Source: Octopus vulgaris (taxonomy: Eukaryota). Taken from it: a stretch of 64,000 bases of DNA. Numbering within the stretch: the first letter of the stretch is position 1; every line of letters begins with the position of its first letter. Under the pieces are notes generated by a model. The model was not told the origin of the DNA, did not search any database, and saw nothing but the letters and a program-made list of their open reading frames with translations. A program made the position numbers and the translations under genes. Location of the stretch: positions 52,762,001 to 52,826,000 of the forward strand of contig OX597822.1 in NCBI GenBank assembly GCA_951406725.2, given 5' to 3'. Positions 25,930 to 40,590 of the stretch are shown one piece after another.

Positions 25930-26311
25930 CTGGAAGCACTCCGTCGGTTACGACGACGAGGGTTCCGGTTGATCCGAATCAACGGAACAGCCTGCTCGTG
26001 AAATTAACGTGTAAGTGGCTGAGCACTCCACAGACACGTGTACCCTTAACGTAGTTCTGGGGGATATTCAACGTGACACAGAGAGTGACAAGGCCGGCCC
26101 TTTGAAATACAGGTACAACAGAAACAGGAAGTAAGAGTGAAAGAAGTTGTGAAAGAGTACAGCAGGGATCACCACCATCCCCTGCCGGAGCCTCGTGGAG
26201 CTTTAGGTGTTTTCGCTCAATAAACACTCACAACGCCCGGTCTGGGAATCGAAACCGCGATCCTATGACCGCGAGTCCGCTGCCCTAACCACTGGGCCAT
26301 TGCGCCTCCAC
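25930..26311 (-). mobile_element. tRNA-derived SINE, family C (about 385 bp)
   Basis: Head ggcccagtggttagggcagcggactcgcgg..ggtttcgattccc; near-identical to 36644-37026. Confidence 0.88.
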
Positions 26312-26404
26312 ATATACATACATTCACACACACACACACACATATATATATATAAAGATATATACATACGTACATGCACACACATACATATATTCTTTTC
26401 TGTT

Positions 26405-26608
26405 TTATTCTTTTGCTTGATTCAGTCATTTGACTGCGGTCATGCTGGAGCACCACCTTTAGTGGATCAAATCGATGCCAGGACTTATTCTTTATAAGCC
26501 TAGTTCTTATTCTATCGATCTCTTTTACCGAACCGGTAGGCTACGGTGACGTAAACATACCAACATCGGTTGTCAAGCGATGGTGGGGTGACAAACACAG
26601 ACACACAA

Positions 26609-26639
<31 letters not shown>

Positions 26640-26745
26640 CATACGACGGGCTTCTTTCAGTTTCCGTCTACCAAATCCACTCACAAAGCTTTGGTCGGCC
26701 CGAGGCTATAGTAGAAGACACTTGCCAAGACTGAACCCCAAATCA
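26405..26745 (-). mobile_element. SINE family B (internal microsatellite)
   Basis: Shared with the 28710, 48962, 51373 and 52914 copies. Confidence 0.8.
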
Positions 26746-26774
26746 CCATCGTCATCACAGTCACCTATATATAA

Positions 26775-27148
26775 GCGTCGGTGTGTGGCACGAAGCTTGC
26801 TTCCCGACCACATGGTTCCAGCTTCAGTCTTACTGCTTGGCACCTTGGGTTTGTGTGCCTTCTACTATAGCCTCGGGCCGACCAAAACCTTATGAGTGGA
26901 TTTGGCAGACAGAACTGAGAGAATCCCGTTGTGTGTGTGTGTGTGTGGGGGGGCGTGTCTTTGTGTCTGTGTTTGTTCTCCCCCACCACCGCTTGATAAC
27001 CGGTGTTGGTGCGTTTACGTCCTTGTAACTTTACGGTTCGGCAAAAGATATCAATAGAATAAGTACCAGGCTTTAAAAGGTACTGAAGTCAAATCATTCG
27101 ACTAAAATTCTTCAAGACTGTGCCCCAGTCTAATGACTGAAATGAATA

Positions 27149-27150
<2 letters not shown>
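26775..27150 (+). mobile_element. SINE family B, diverged
   Basis: ggcaccttggg..tactatagcctcgggccgaccaaa..ggatttgg core. Confidence 0.75.
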
Positions 27151-27201
<51 letters not shown>

Positions 27202-27202
<1 letters not shown>

Positions 27203-27762
27203 TAGCAGAATTGCCCGGCGATGCTCGAGGCTGAATTGCTTGAAAGCACTGTTAATGATTGCACTAAATTATGAGGATTATTCAGGCAAATATTGATATA
27301 AGTTTACGGCGAATGAATGTATTTGTAAGTGTATAGAAAGCCGTGTAAAGGGGTTCCTAACCCCTCGTAGAATGGTGTAATAATTGAATGCGAGATTGCC
27401 TTGAAAAGAGCCATGTTATTGTTCTCATAATTGTAAGAATTTGATAGTCGTGGAAGGCGGTGTAAAACGTTCGCAGGTGAATAGGGTCTCTTCGTTTTCT
27501 ACGAACGGCAGCGGATGTGCTGTTACAAAACTTCATGATGTGTTAAAAGAGAATGGATGCCCTATGTAGGCAAGAGGGGAATGAAGCATGGGTAAGTAAA
27601 TATGGGTAATTTATAAAATATAGAAGAATAGCATCTACTCACCATATGTCAGACCGGCAAGACTGTAGTGGTGCTGATTAGATGAATCACAATACAGTGG
27701 TGGAGATGTTTTCATTGATGGGCGTTATGATTAAATTAGTTGTTGTATAAAATGATCTGTTG

Positions 27763-27765
<3 letters not shown>
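27202..27765 (-). mobile_element. Helitron 3' remnant
   Basis: Minus end reads ctcgagcatcgccgggc hairpin...CTAG followed by T. Confidence 0.6.
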
Positions 27766-27793
<28 letters not shown>

Positions 27794-28332
27794 CTTACAT
27801 ATAAGAGACCAAATTGTACTTACGCCGCCATATATTTATTATATATAAAAAATACAAAACAGTCGAGTTCCAGATTATCTATGCAGGAGCTGGCCGGATT
27901 GGAGCAATCTCGAGAATAATCAGTCGAAATTCGTTGACGCTGTATCGAGAAAACCAAAGAACAAAAGGAAAAAGGAGAAAGAAGAAATGCACTCAACAAC
28001 AGAGCTGAAGACACCTCCGAAAGGGGTGGGGGCGCCACATCGAAAACGGTAGAGGAGTAGGGGGCCAAAACCGGACGTGGTTCCTCCTGATGATGTCTTT
28101 AGCCATTTGATTCTATAAATGAACTGTTGAGGTAGCGAACCACGAAACGTAGTTGGAATTCCTCCATTATAGTATATATATATATACAAAATTTAGAGGA
28201 CTGACCACTAAAAATGGACAGCCTATACGTTAGATATAGACGTCAAAATCGCCATTTTCCACGAAGAATGTGTTCTCAAGAAAAAATTCAGCAAAAAAAA
28301 ACAGAGAACACATTCTTCGTGGAAAATGGCGA

Positions 28333-28367
28333 ATATCATGAATAGCGATAGCGAAACCGGTCGATAT
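28333..28367 (+). ncRNA. Minimal HHR motif with mutated core, directly after a 29-bp inverted repeat
   Basis: atatc-ATGAATA-gc gata gc-GAAAC-CG-GTC-gatat; IR at about 28249-28277/28304-28332. Confidence 0.65.
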
Positions 28368-28709
28368 ATCAAAAATTATATTAAAACTATGTAAGTGTGT
28401 GTATTTTCCTTTTTTAATTTCTTATATATATATATGTACACATACATACACATGTACAGATATGTGTATATACATTACACGTAGACATACACGCAAACAC
28501 AAATTTACACACACATTCAAACGCACATGTCGAGGAAGACATATGAGTACTCAGTAAGAAGAGAATAAAGCCCAACAAGCTATCATGTAATGACAGCAGA
28601 AACAGAAAATTAAACAAGCTGGTCTTGCAAGAAAATGATACTGACACACAAATTGATAATTAGCAATTCACCCATATTATTATTACTATCATTTAACAAT
28701 GTTTACAGT

Positions 28710-29098
28710 TTACTCTTTTACTCTTTTACTTGTTTCAGTCATTTGACTGCGGCCATGCTGGAGCACCACCTTTAGTCGAGCAAATCGACCCCGGGACTTA
28801 TTCTTTGTAAACCCAGTACTTATTCTATCGGTCTCTTTTGCCGGGGACGTAAACACACCAGCGTCGGTTGTCAAGCAATGCTAGGGGGACAAACACAGAC
28901 ACACAAACATATACACACACATACTTATATATATATATACATATATACGACAGGCTTCTTTCAGTTTCCGTCTACCAAATCCACTCACAAGGCATTGGTC
29001 GACCCGGGGCTATAGCAGAAGACACTTGCCCAAGATGCCACGCAGTGGGACTGAACCCGGAACCATGTGGCTGGTTAGCAAGCTACTTACCACACAGC
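28710..29098 (-). mobile_element. SINE family B, near full-length
   Basis: tRNA-like head ggttccgggttcagtccc; tail gactgaaacaagtaaaagag. Confidence 0.85.
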
Positions 29099-29449
29099 TC
29101 ATGCGAATCTTCAGGAGGCCACCAATTGATTCACAGCGATGATTACAAACACTACACAAGTAGTTTACATTTACTTGGATCAATATGGATATGAGCATGA
29201 CTTATTAAACCATCACGTGATCTAGCCGAGAACTCACAATGTGGACAATGGTGGTTTGCGGGAAGATTGTTGGTTTATTTTCTTATTTTCCCGTAACTTC
29301 AAAATTTGAAGCTGTCTGCACACAAGATTATCAAAGTTTTCTTTTCTAATATTCAGGCATTTCAAATTATCTTAGAATTAATCCTCATTCTGGATAAGTG
29401 GCCGACCTACACTGATGTTTTGGAAAGGAAGAAATTAGCTTAGCTATTA

Positions 29450-29741
29450 GTTGTTGTTGTTGTTGTTTGTTCCTTCTCGAGCCATGCCTGGCTCATAAGG
29501 TCCAGTTTCCCGGTTTCTTTGGCGTATAGGTTCCCCACCTGGACGGGACGCCGGTCCGTCGCAGGTGAGCTGCAAGGTTGTGTCGAAAGTCAGCTGAAGT
29601 TCGCCATTACCTTCTGTCTGAGCCGCGTGGAGCTTAGGTGTTTCGCTCATAAACACACACACATCACCCGGTCTGAGATTCGAACCCGCGATCCCTCGGC
29701 TGCGAGTCCGCTGCTCTAATTACTAGGTCATGTGCCTCCAC
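29450..29741 (-). mobile_element. SINE family D
   Basis: (CAA)n tail, TSD ttagctattag. Confidence 0.85.
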
Positions 29742-29843
29742 TTAGCTATTAGTGCGTGACCCTGGGTGGGGTTGGGGAGTGTTAGACACAGCAAAGGTAA
29801 TGGGAGGAGAGGCGAGTTGGAGGAGAATGTTTGATGTGTGTGT

Positions 29844-29922
<79 letters not shown>

Positions 29923-30178
29923 TGTGTGTAAATGTGTTTCTGTATTTCTGTGAATGAATAAGGTGTATAAATATATATGCACTTTTGCATATATGCAAAT
30001 AAATACCCACGCCCATGTGCTGTGTTAAATATACACATACAAACGCGTACATAAATATGTGTACATATTTACATGTATGCATGTACATACATATAAAGCT
30101 ATACATACACATATACATACATACATGTATGCACACAGACACACATATACATACATACGTACAAACATACAAACATAA

Positions 30179-30215
<37 letters not shown>

Positions 30216-30379
30216 TATATAGACATACTCTCCCATTTTTAATTATATAAAGTGCTTCTGTTAGAAAGATGCTGGTTTCTAACAATGGTGCGAAGCTCTA
30301 TCGTTGGAAGATAACAAAGATACGGAGCTCTATCGTATTTATTTATAAACAGCAAAAAAAAAAAAAAAAACAATATCAC

Positions 30380-30910
30380 ATTTTGTAATTAAAAAAAGGA
30401 AAAATAATCTTGTATATATTTATTGTTCCTTTTACAGATTGTATTTGTAATGTCCTTGTTTGTTGGTTGATTTCTTGTTTTGAAAATCCTAGCTTTTTTA
30501 GAATGTCACTTAGGCATTTACTAATAAAAAACCAAGCGCAGCTGCCATTATTAGCAGAAAGGTCATTTATAATCTGGATATAGAAGCTAAAAGTTTTGCA
30601 GCAGTTCTCCAAAGTTAAACTCCTTCTCTTTGATTTTCTATGAAATATTCGCACCAGCAGAGCTGTTGAACTCCATGCTGATGTATACATAAACTTAGCC
30701 CTAAATAACAATATCTGAACTGTTTGCACTTGGTAGAAGTTTTGATGGGAACGCTCGACCACTATTCCTTATAGTGAAGGTTCTGCATGCATTCGATATT
30801 TATTCTCCTAAGAAGATAGCATTCCTTGTGGGAAGATAGCATTTCATATTGTTTTAGCGACAACGTCATATCGTATTAGGAGGTAGTACCTTGATGAAAC
30901 TTTTGATCAC
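30380..30910 (-). pseudogene. RLE-type LINE C-terminal relic
   Basis: SSRYYLLIRYDVVAKTI and LKKLGFSKQEI..LQIQSVKGT; related to 17600-18030. Confidence 0.6.
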
Positions 30911-31076
30911 ATGTATGAAGTCTGTATGTATGTCTATATAGATATAGAATGGAGATTACAAACGAGACAAAATGTACATGCGGTAAGTTATATAGGGTGA
31001 AAATATGTGACCGCGTGTGTATCGTTGGCGATTTTCTTTCTCCGTCTTCCCTTTCTTGGATTTTTCCTTTTTCTAT

Positions 31077-31111
31077 GTTTCTGACGAAGAGCTCCGCTCG
31101 AAACGTTAAAT
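31077..31111 (+). ncRNA. Minimal type I HHR in a repeat of about 190 bp (31012-31200)
   Basis: gttt-CTGACGA-a gagc tcc gctc-GAAAC-GTT-aaat; homolog at 47787-47821. Confidence 0.78.
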
Positions 31112-31207
31112 CCCCCTTTCCTTTCCTGAGCGTCCAATAACACTATACTTATTCCACGTCCTCGCGTTGTTGTGCTTTCTCTTCATATTTGGATTGACTG
31201 TATATAA

Positions 31208-31242
<35 letters not shown>

Positions 31243-31302
31243 TATATACATGCGTACATACATACGTACGTATATATATATACACAGTATACACGTACTA
31301 AT

Positions 31303-31341
<39 letters not shown>

Positions 31342-31364
31342 TACATATATATATATATACATAC

Positions 31365-31412
<48 letters not shown>

Positions 31413-32485
31413 AGATAGTCATAGCCTTTCTAACAGCTCTTGAGAAACGTTATGCAAAAAACTTAATGCTCCCGAGTAACTTCTAAATCGTTTTCAAGAT
31501 ACATACTTTCGCGTATACAAACATGCACAAACATAGATTCACAATAACTAGATTGCCCATATGACATAAGTCTTATTATTCCACCTTCATACAAAAGAAG
31601 AAACCAATCTATGAAGTTTGAATGATAGACCGAGGCTGGGTAAACCTCATATATCATTCTGCCCTTCATGGAATCGTTCATAACTTATCAACCCCATCAT
31701 GAGAGTCTTACAATGAAATTAAAAGTATAATTAATTATAAAATTTCTTGACTGAAAGGCAATAATTCCTTCGAACTCTTGTGTTATTTCCGTTTTTTAAT
31801 AATAAATATCTAAAGAAATTTAACTAAGTACTTCACGAAAGTGATAAAGAACAATAAAAATTCATTCATTTTATATTGGTATAGTCGGAATATCGAAGCA
31901 TAGAATAGCCACATTGATTTCCCAGTGGTCAGTATTGACGACTTTGTCGAGCCGCGTCTGAATCCACTTTACTCGATGAGTCATGGTAAGGTGATATTTA
32001 TAGTTATAGAAGGAATATCTAGCACTAAATGAAATTCATTGTACTTCTCAAATTAACGTTCATGAATTAAAAAAAAAAAAATTCCCCTTAATACTAGTTT
32101 AATATAAGTACACACGCGTGGGGGCGCGTGTGCGTACACACGTACACACGCATATCGCGAACGCACACATATATTTATGTACACACACACACACACACAG
32201 ATGACACACTTTGGAGATTAAAGAATGGTGTCAGTGTTGGAATTTAGCAGAGAGCACGCCGTTCCTTTAAAAAAATAAACGATAAAATAAAAAAAAAACA
32301 ATACCGAATTTCAGAAAATATACAGTTGACTGTGTTTAGCGAGTTGCCTGAAATACTCATCTTGATGGAAACATCCTTCCACATTCAGTATCTTTTGACC
32401 TTTTTATTTTTTATAAATTTGTATAATATTTTTACAAAACCGTTTCGACCATGAACACTTGTACGTATATGTGTATGCAAAGGTG

Positions 32486-32560
<75 letters not shown>

Positions 32561-32569
32561 ATATATATA

Positions 32570-32622
<53 letters not shown>

Positions 32623-32629
32623 ATGTATG

Positions 32630-32721
<92 letters not shown>

Positions 32722-32787
32722 AGTCCCCCACAACCACCCCTATAAACCTGCCTAAATGTATAAATGCCAATACAATTCTTGTTAACT

Positions 32788-32838
32788 AGCTTCCTGAAGA
32801 TTTCTCTTGAATGAAACAGTTCTAGTCCTGTAGAAGCT
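32788..32838 (+). ncRNA. Canonical type I hammerhead ribozyme
   Basis: Stem I agcttc/gaagct, CTGAAGA, stem II ttc-tctt-gaa, GAAA, stem III acag/ctgt, cleavage triplet GTA; within a 135-bp unit flanked by TA/CA runs. Confidence 0.88.
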
Positions 32839-32924
32839 CCTTCTATATAATAAATTAATTTTACTCTGCTATGTATTGAGTACCTTATTTACTGTGGTTA
32901 ACCCCGAATCAACCCGGGACCTAC

Positions 32925-33686
<762 letters not shown>

Positions 33687-33920
33687 GTCAGAAACTTTTC
33701 AGCACCCCTTCGTGTATATATATATATATATATATTACAAAATTAGAAAATGGAGAAACATACTTAAATCAATAAAACATCAACTATCAGATGATACCCA
33801 ATCAATACTTTATTACACCATTACATATCAGTAAAGGCATTATACAAAATATAAAGTAAATATAAATAGACAAGGAAGTAGAAATATAAAATATAAAATA
33901 TAATATGTAATTATATCATA

Positions 33921-34030
33921 TCTGACAGCTGTTTCGGCAGTAAGGGCAGTCATACCTCATTTAACCTATAAGCCATAAAGGCAGGTATAAATGAGGCATT
34001 AACAAGGATGCCCCACGGCCTCTTCAGAGA
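33921..34030 (-). ncRNA. Type I HHR with an extended stem II
   Basis: tct-CTGAAGA-ggccgtggggca...tgcccttactgcc-GAAAC-AGCT-GTC-aga; inner hairpin cctcattta/taaatgagg. Confidence 0.8.
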
Positions 34031-35821
34031 ATTTAATTCGTTATAATTGTTAAAAAAATTATTTTTCCATATACATATAAATATAAAAATATAAAAATGT
34101 AAAATATAAAAACTTGTGCATAAACTCCATAATGCTACACATATATAATACTCATTGATACAATAATAAAACAAAATACAATAATAAAACAAAATAAAAC
34201 AAAATATATATCAGTGTATATATTAATATTAATAAGCACAGTTATTTTACATATTTAGCTAATAGTTCTAAAAACTAACACATAGGGAGATGTATGCGCA
34301 CTATTTAAATTAAAATCATCCCTATACCTGAAAATAATAAAAAAAAAATAATAAAAAAACCATAGTTCAGTTCATAAAATTATAAACCTATAAAAGTCAA
34401 TATAAATTACTATTAATATTAATAAAAATAATAATAGATACAGTAAAGTTAGCACCAAGTACATCCATTCAAAATCGAAATAACTATGAGTTTAGTTTTT
34501 CTGTCCGCTTGATATTGATTATTCTAGATTACTTCGATTGGCTTGTAGTTTGAAATTTGAATCACAAAAGAAATTTTACGGTTGGTTAGTCAAGAAACGC
34601 AAATACGCACACGCACATCCACAGATCAATCGCACATACATACATAATTATATGTATACACACACACATACACTTATACACATACGCATCCACAAGCAAC
34701 CTCTAGCATAAAGATAAATAAATAGGGGAGCAACTATACTGTCATCTAGTCTATCAAAATTATAACTATGCCTCAAATAACAAAAAAGATCCACTCATAT
34801 ATTTCCATAAAATATTTATTTCAATGATATATATATTTATATATCAATATAACGATGTCGGATGTTATTTCACTATGTACCTTGCGTATTTAACACCGGT
34901 TTTTATCATAGTCAACATAGCGGTTACTAGATTTACCGTAAATTTGTTGTGATTCCATGTATGCTAAGTTATAAAGTATAGATTAATTTTTATATTATAA
35001 ATATATATCTCTTTTTTACTTAATAAATTCTATGCCATTATAAACAAGATTAGGCATTAAATAATAACAACAGGGGGACTCACTAATACAATCGTATATA
35101 AGAAAATCACAGAAGTTAAAAGATTGTAAATACTTAAGTTAAAATGGGATAAAATAAATAAGAAGAATTAATTACGATTACACACATAATATAAGTACAA
35201 ACCAGTATATATGTATTCATATATTATTAAGAAATAAATGATTGATATGTATGTATAAATCTACACTTATATAAGTAAATAAATAAATAAATAAATAATT
35301 AGATGACATGATATGTATGTATAAATCTACACTTAAATAAGTAAATAAATAAATAAATAATTAGATGACTAAGTGCAAAGATAGATACCATAGAGAACCA
35401 ATTCAGATAAATGCATAGGTACAGGTACACCTAATATATAGTAATGCTAATATGCATATATCCACATATACATAAAAGAGTATAAATGTAAATCAATAAC
35501 ATAAAATAAAGTTAAGATATATATTGAAGAAAGTACCAATATAAACTTAGTATACAGGCTAATACTATGAAAGTTTATACCTGTAAATAGTGAGTAAAAA
35601 ATTGGATAGATGGATAATTTAATGTACAGATCCAGAAGACTATAAATATAGACTAAATATATAAGGCTGGTAATATTTATAAAGTCTAATGTTTGTAAAT
35701 GAAAAGGTTTATTAGTAAATAGCATAAGATACAAATTAAGGTGAGTACAAAGAAAGACCAAATATACAATATAAACCTGCCAAATAAACACATACAAAAT
35801 ATATTTATATATATATATATA

Positions 35822-36031
35822 ATGATAGGCTCGTTATTTAAATATCGAACTTATCAAGTGACAAGCATGGGAATGAAAGCCTTCAAAGGTAATAATTATT
35901 ATCAAAATTATAATTTAGGGTATCCAAGAGATACCACCACACTTGAAATAGCAGCCAAAAGTTTAGAGTCAAGTTTTGGCTGCTATTTCAAGCGTGGTGG
36001 TATTTCTTAGATACCCTAAATTATAATTTTA
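35822..36031. mobile_element. Internally deleted copy of the 43293-43665 inverted-repeat cassette
   Basis: Tail 35822-35903 and arms 35904-35960/35972-36031 are homologous to 43293-43665. Confidence 0.75.
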
Positions 36032-36048
36032 TTTATGTATGTATGTTT

Positions 36049-36122
<74 letters not shown>

Positions 36123-36469
36123 TGGCACACGTACACGCGTATGTAAATAAATGTCAGTGTATATGTATGCATTTATCACACAAACATCACTTTTTGTATC
36201 GATGAAGGAATACAAAAAGTTCATATTCAACACTAAGCATTGCATTTTTTTAATCAAGATAATTGGAGCAGCAGAAAATAAAAAGTTTTACCTTGAGGCG
36301 TTTCAACGGGTTTGTTGTTATCTTGTTGGCATATTAGTAAAAAGGTCATTGAGAGAAACAGTGGAATTTCATACATCTGCTGATAACAACGCATTTATCC
36401 TCTCAGCAATCTTATTCATACCATTCAGATAACAACGACGACGATAACGTCAACAACAAGAACAATAAT

Positions 36470-37325
36470 TTCTACTAAAGGTACAAACTCTGAAATCTTG
36501 AGGGTAGAGGCTAGGCGATAACATCGATCCCGGTGCTCAACTGCTACTTATTTTATCGTGACCGAAAGGATGGAAGGTAAAGTGAACATCGGCGGAATTT
36601 GAACTCAGAACGCAAAGACGGACGAAATACCTATTTCTTTACTGGAAGCACTCCGTCGGTTACGACGACGAGGGTTCCGGTTGATCCGAATCAACAGAAC
36701 AACCTGCTCGTGAAATTAACGTGTAAGTGGCTGAGCACTCCACAGACACGTGTACCCTTAACGTAGTTCTCGGGGATATTCAGCGTGACACAGAGAGTGA
36801 CAAGGCCGGCCCCTTGAAATACAGGTACAACAGAAACAGGAAGTAAGAGTGAGAGAAAGTTGTGGTGAAAGAGTACAGCAGGGATCACCACCATCCCTGC
36901 CGGAGCCTCGTGGAGCTTTAGGTGTTTTCGCTCAATAAACACTCACAACGCCCGGTCTGGGAATCGAAACCGCGATCCTATGACCGCGAGTCCGCTGCCC
37001 TAACCACTGGGCCATTGCGCCTCCACATTTCTTTACTATCCACAAGGGGCTAAACACAGAGAGGACAAACAAGTACAGATAAACGGATTAAGTCGATTAG
37101 ATCGACCCCAGTGCATAACTGGTACTTAATTTATCAACCCCGAAAGAATGAAAGGCAAAGTCGACCTCGGCGGAATTTGAACTCAGAACGTAACGGCAGA
37201 CGAAATACGGCTACGCATTTCGCCCGGCGTGCTAACGTTTCTGCCAGCTCGCCGCCTCTAGACGGACGGAATACCGCTAAATATTTTGCTCGCTGTTCTA
37301 ACGATACTGATAGTTCTTGCCTTAG
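36470..37325 (-). mobile_element. Three-layer nested SINE stack (old A containing young A containing C)
   Basis: TSD agacggacg(a/g)aatacc at 36616-36631/37260-37275 around the young A copy; TSD atttctttact at 36633-36643/37027-37037 around the C copy 36644-37026. Confidence 0.85.
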
Positions 37326-37351
37326 CATCAACAACAACAACAACAACAACA

Positions 37352-37550
37352 AGTGGAGGCACAATGGCCCAGTGGTTAGGCCTGCGGACTCACCGTCGTA
37401 AGAACGCGGTTTCGATTCCCAGACCGGGTATTGTGACTGTTTAGTGAGCAAAAACACCTAAGCTCCACGAGGCTCCGGCGGGACGTGGTGGTGAACCCTG
37501 CTGTACTCTTTCACCGCAACTTTCTCTCACTCTTTCTTCCTACTTCTGTC
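37352..37550 (+). mobile_element. SINE family C, 3'-truncated
   Basis: Head similarity. Confidence 0.75.
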
Positions 37551-37926
37551 ACAAAGCAGAGGAACCATGGTGTAACCCACTATGGTGTGGTAAACTTTCA
37601 GACCCTAGTCTAGATTGCGAATCCTCTGTACCCCAGGATGGTTCAGCTCTCCACCCGTTAAAAGCAATCGTGCTTTCGCGCCCGTGCAACCGCCAGTCTA
37701 TCGCATTCTTAGTAGCTTAGTGTAGGCTCGAATTTGAGATTATTCCTTGCGGTTAATGGCGTGAATCCTGATCCATGTTCTATGGACTCTGAAAGAATAA
37801 AAGGCAAAGTCCTCGGCGGCATTTGAACTCAGAAGTTTAAAATGGATGAAATGCAGCTGAGCATTTTGCCCGACGTGCTAACGATTCCGCCAGATCACCA
37901 CCTTAATAATAATAATAATAATAATG

Positions 37927-37957
<31 letters not shown>

Positions 37958-38059
37958 CAGAAAAATAAACAGCTCTATGAAAGGATAAATAGATACAGCA
38001 GAGCCTTACAAGTGATAATGACCTTACCAAAAGATGTTTAAACCGAAGCAAGCTGTACC

Positions 38060-38797
38060 TTTCGCCGCATTGAATCAAGTCAACGAGGAATTAGGTTAGA
38101 TAAGCTGGGGTTTATAGAAAAGTGGATTATTCAGAATGGGTAGCACTAACCGTAAAGAAAAACAATTGCAAAACACCGGTATGCGCCGATTTTTCAACAA
38201 GTATGAACAAATGTTTAAAGACGCACAATTATCCACTGCCAAGCCCAGAGGAAATTTTTGCGAAACTCAACAGAGGAGAATTTTTCTCAAAACTGAACTT
38301 GTCGGAGGTGTATTTACAGTTCAAGTCGAGGAAGAATGTTCGAAATTATTAACGCTGAACACTCATAAAAGTTCATATAAATTCAATCGACTTGTTTTCG
38401 GGATAAAGGTGGCATCAAGTATTTTCCAAAGTGATGGATACAATGCTTGCAGATACGGATTTCCCGATAGTATATTTGGATGGTATACTCATAAAAAGTG
38501 AGTCTAGAGGCCAGCATGAGGAACATATTAAAATAGTTTTAGGATTATGGATTCAAACTTAGCGAGGAAAAATGCGAATTTTTCATGCTAGAAATAAAGT
38601 ATCTTGGGCAAGTTATCGATAAAAATGGTCGCAGACCAGATCCTTCAAGATCGACGGCAATAAAAAAATATGTCTACCCCGAAAAATATTACATTACAAG
38701 GGCTTTTAGGGCGAGTTATTACCAAACATACATACCAAACATGCATGAGCCTAGAACATCCCTAAATAACCTATTGAAAAAAGGCGTAAAAAATTAA
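38060..38797 (+). pseudogene. Ty3/Gypsy reverse-transcriptase relic
   Basis: DYSEW..VKKNN..VCADFST..YPLPSPEEIFAKL..FSKLNLS..YLQ; YKFNRLVFGIKVASSIFQ; EIKYLGQVIDKNGRRPDP. Confidence 0.85.
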
Positions 38798-38799
38798 AG

Positions 38800-40590
38800 A
38801 GGGCATAGCAGCAAATACTTACTGCATAAAACGGTATGAAAAATGGGGACGCTTCTCCAAACAAAATAGAGAATTCAAAATAAGCACAAAGAGATTTTTA
38901 TGGAAAGTTAAACAGAAAAACTATATCAATGCCATGCCAACAACGTCAGCGATTCAGTCATACTGGGAAGCAATATGGAGAAAACAAAAAAACAACAAAA
39001 ATGTTTAGTGGAATAATAAAGAAAAGGAAAGGAAGAATGCAAGGGGACAAGATACAGCCCGGCATCACAGGCCAAGAGACCACGGACACATTGAGGAGTA
39101 CCAGCAACTTCTGGAAAACTGCAGAGGTAGACAAGGTCCCCATCTTCTGGTTGAAATACCTCACTAGTATCCGTAACCACTTAGCCGCTGCGTTCAATTT
39201 TTTGATAAGTGAACCAGAATCAACAACAAACTGGATGCTGGAAGGGCAAACCACTCTAATTCCAAAAAGCAAAGACAATGCAGACCCACAAAATTACAGA
39301 TCAGTAACATGCCTATCAACATCCTACAAAACCCTAACATCAGTCATCTATAACCGGTTATAAAGCACCCGGAAAACAACAATGTCTTACCAGAAGAACA
39401 AAAAAGGTGCTGGAGAGGGATGTACGGCTGTAAGGAGCAACTTCTGGTAAACCGAGCAATTATAGAGGACTGTGAGAGGAGATAGATAAATCTGAACATG
39501 GCTTAGATTGATTATCAGAAAGCATTCGGCAGTGTTCTGGAATCTCTATATACAAATAAGGTAGCCCGCCACTACTAAAATATGTTAAACTTGCAATGGC
39601 AAACTGGAAAACCAGTATAACATTAAAAAATTAATCATAGTTTATTAGAACCTACACTATACCCATAAAAAGAGGGATTTTCAAGGAGGACCCACTGCTT
39701 TTCTGCCTTTCTTTGACCCCGCTAGCAGACTTATGAAACGAAACCACCATGGGTTATAGATGCTACGGACAAAAAACAAACCATCTCCTGTACATGGATG
39801 ACCTAAAACTTTAGGCTAAGAGCACCATGGGACAGAGAAACCTCAAAATTGTTCAGAGTTATATAGAGGAATGAACATGGGGCTGGACATGGACACTGAG
39901 AAAAGGCATATTATTCAGTACCGAAAACACTGCACTTGACATAAATACAGAAATTAGAGAATTAGACCACAATCGCCCGTACAAATATCTACGAATAGAC
40001 GAAACAGCTAAAGTACAGCACACAGCAATGAAAGAGAAAATTAGGAGAGAGTATTACAGAAGAGTTGAACTAATATCAAGCAATGACCTAAATGCTACAA
40101 ATAAGACAGTAGGGGTAAATACGCTAACCAGACCGGTCATAAATTACAGCCTTAACATAATAAACTGGAAGATCAGTAAATTGAAAAACTTAGATAGAAA
40201 AACCAGAAAACTACTAACAGCGTACCGAAGTCACCACCCCAAAGTAGACGTAGACAGAATATATATCTGCCCTGCTCAGAAGGAGGTCGTGGCCTGATAC
40301 AGATAGAAAACTACTATAAAATAACAATGGTTGGAGGAGCAAAGTACTTAGAAACAAAGAAGGGAAGATTACTGCATGTAGTAAAGCAACACGAAAAAGA
40401 AAACGTTTTTCTCTATACACAAGGAGGCGCCAAAATACAAAACAGAAGCAAAGTACACTGACACACTGACCTCAGATGACAAAATAACAGAAATGGTCAA
40501 AGAGACAAAAAAAAAACAACATGAAAACGGAATTACAAAAGATACTGAAGAAGAACTGGAGAGAAAAATCACTTCTGGCCAATACCCTGT
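38800..40590 (+). pseudogene. R4/Dong-clade LINE relic
   Basis: TTLIPKSKD..PQNYRSVTCLSTSYK, HLLYMDDLKL, HHPKVDVDRIY; many stops. Confidence 0.85.

Noticed and set aside
25930-26311. tRNA genes
   Set aside because: tRNA-like heads continue into multicopy SINE bodies with TSDs; no complete cloverleaf with terminator
28000-28160. CTGAAGA + hairpin and CTGATGA...GAAACGTA between TA runs
   Set aside because: Stems I and II do not pair convincingly; at best a heavily decayed HHR, not counted
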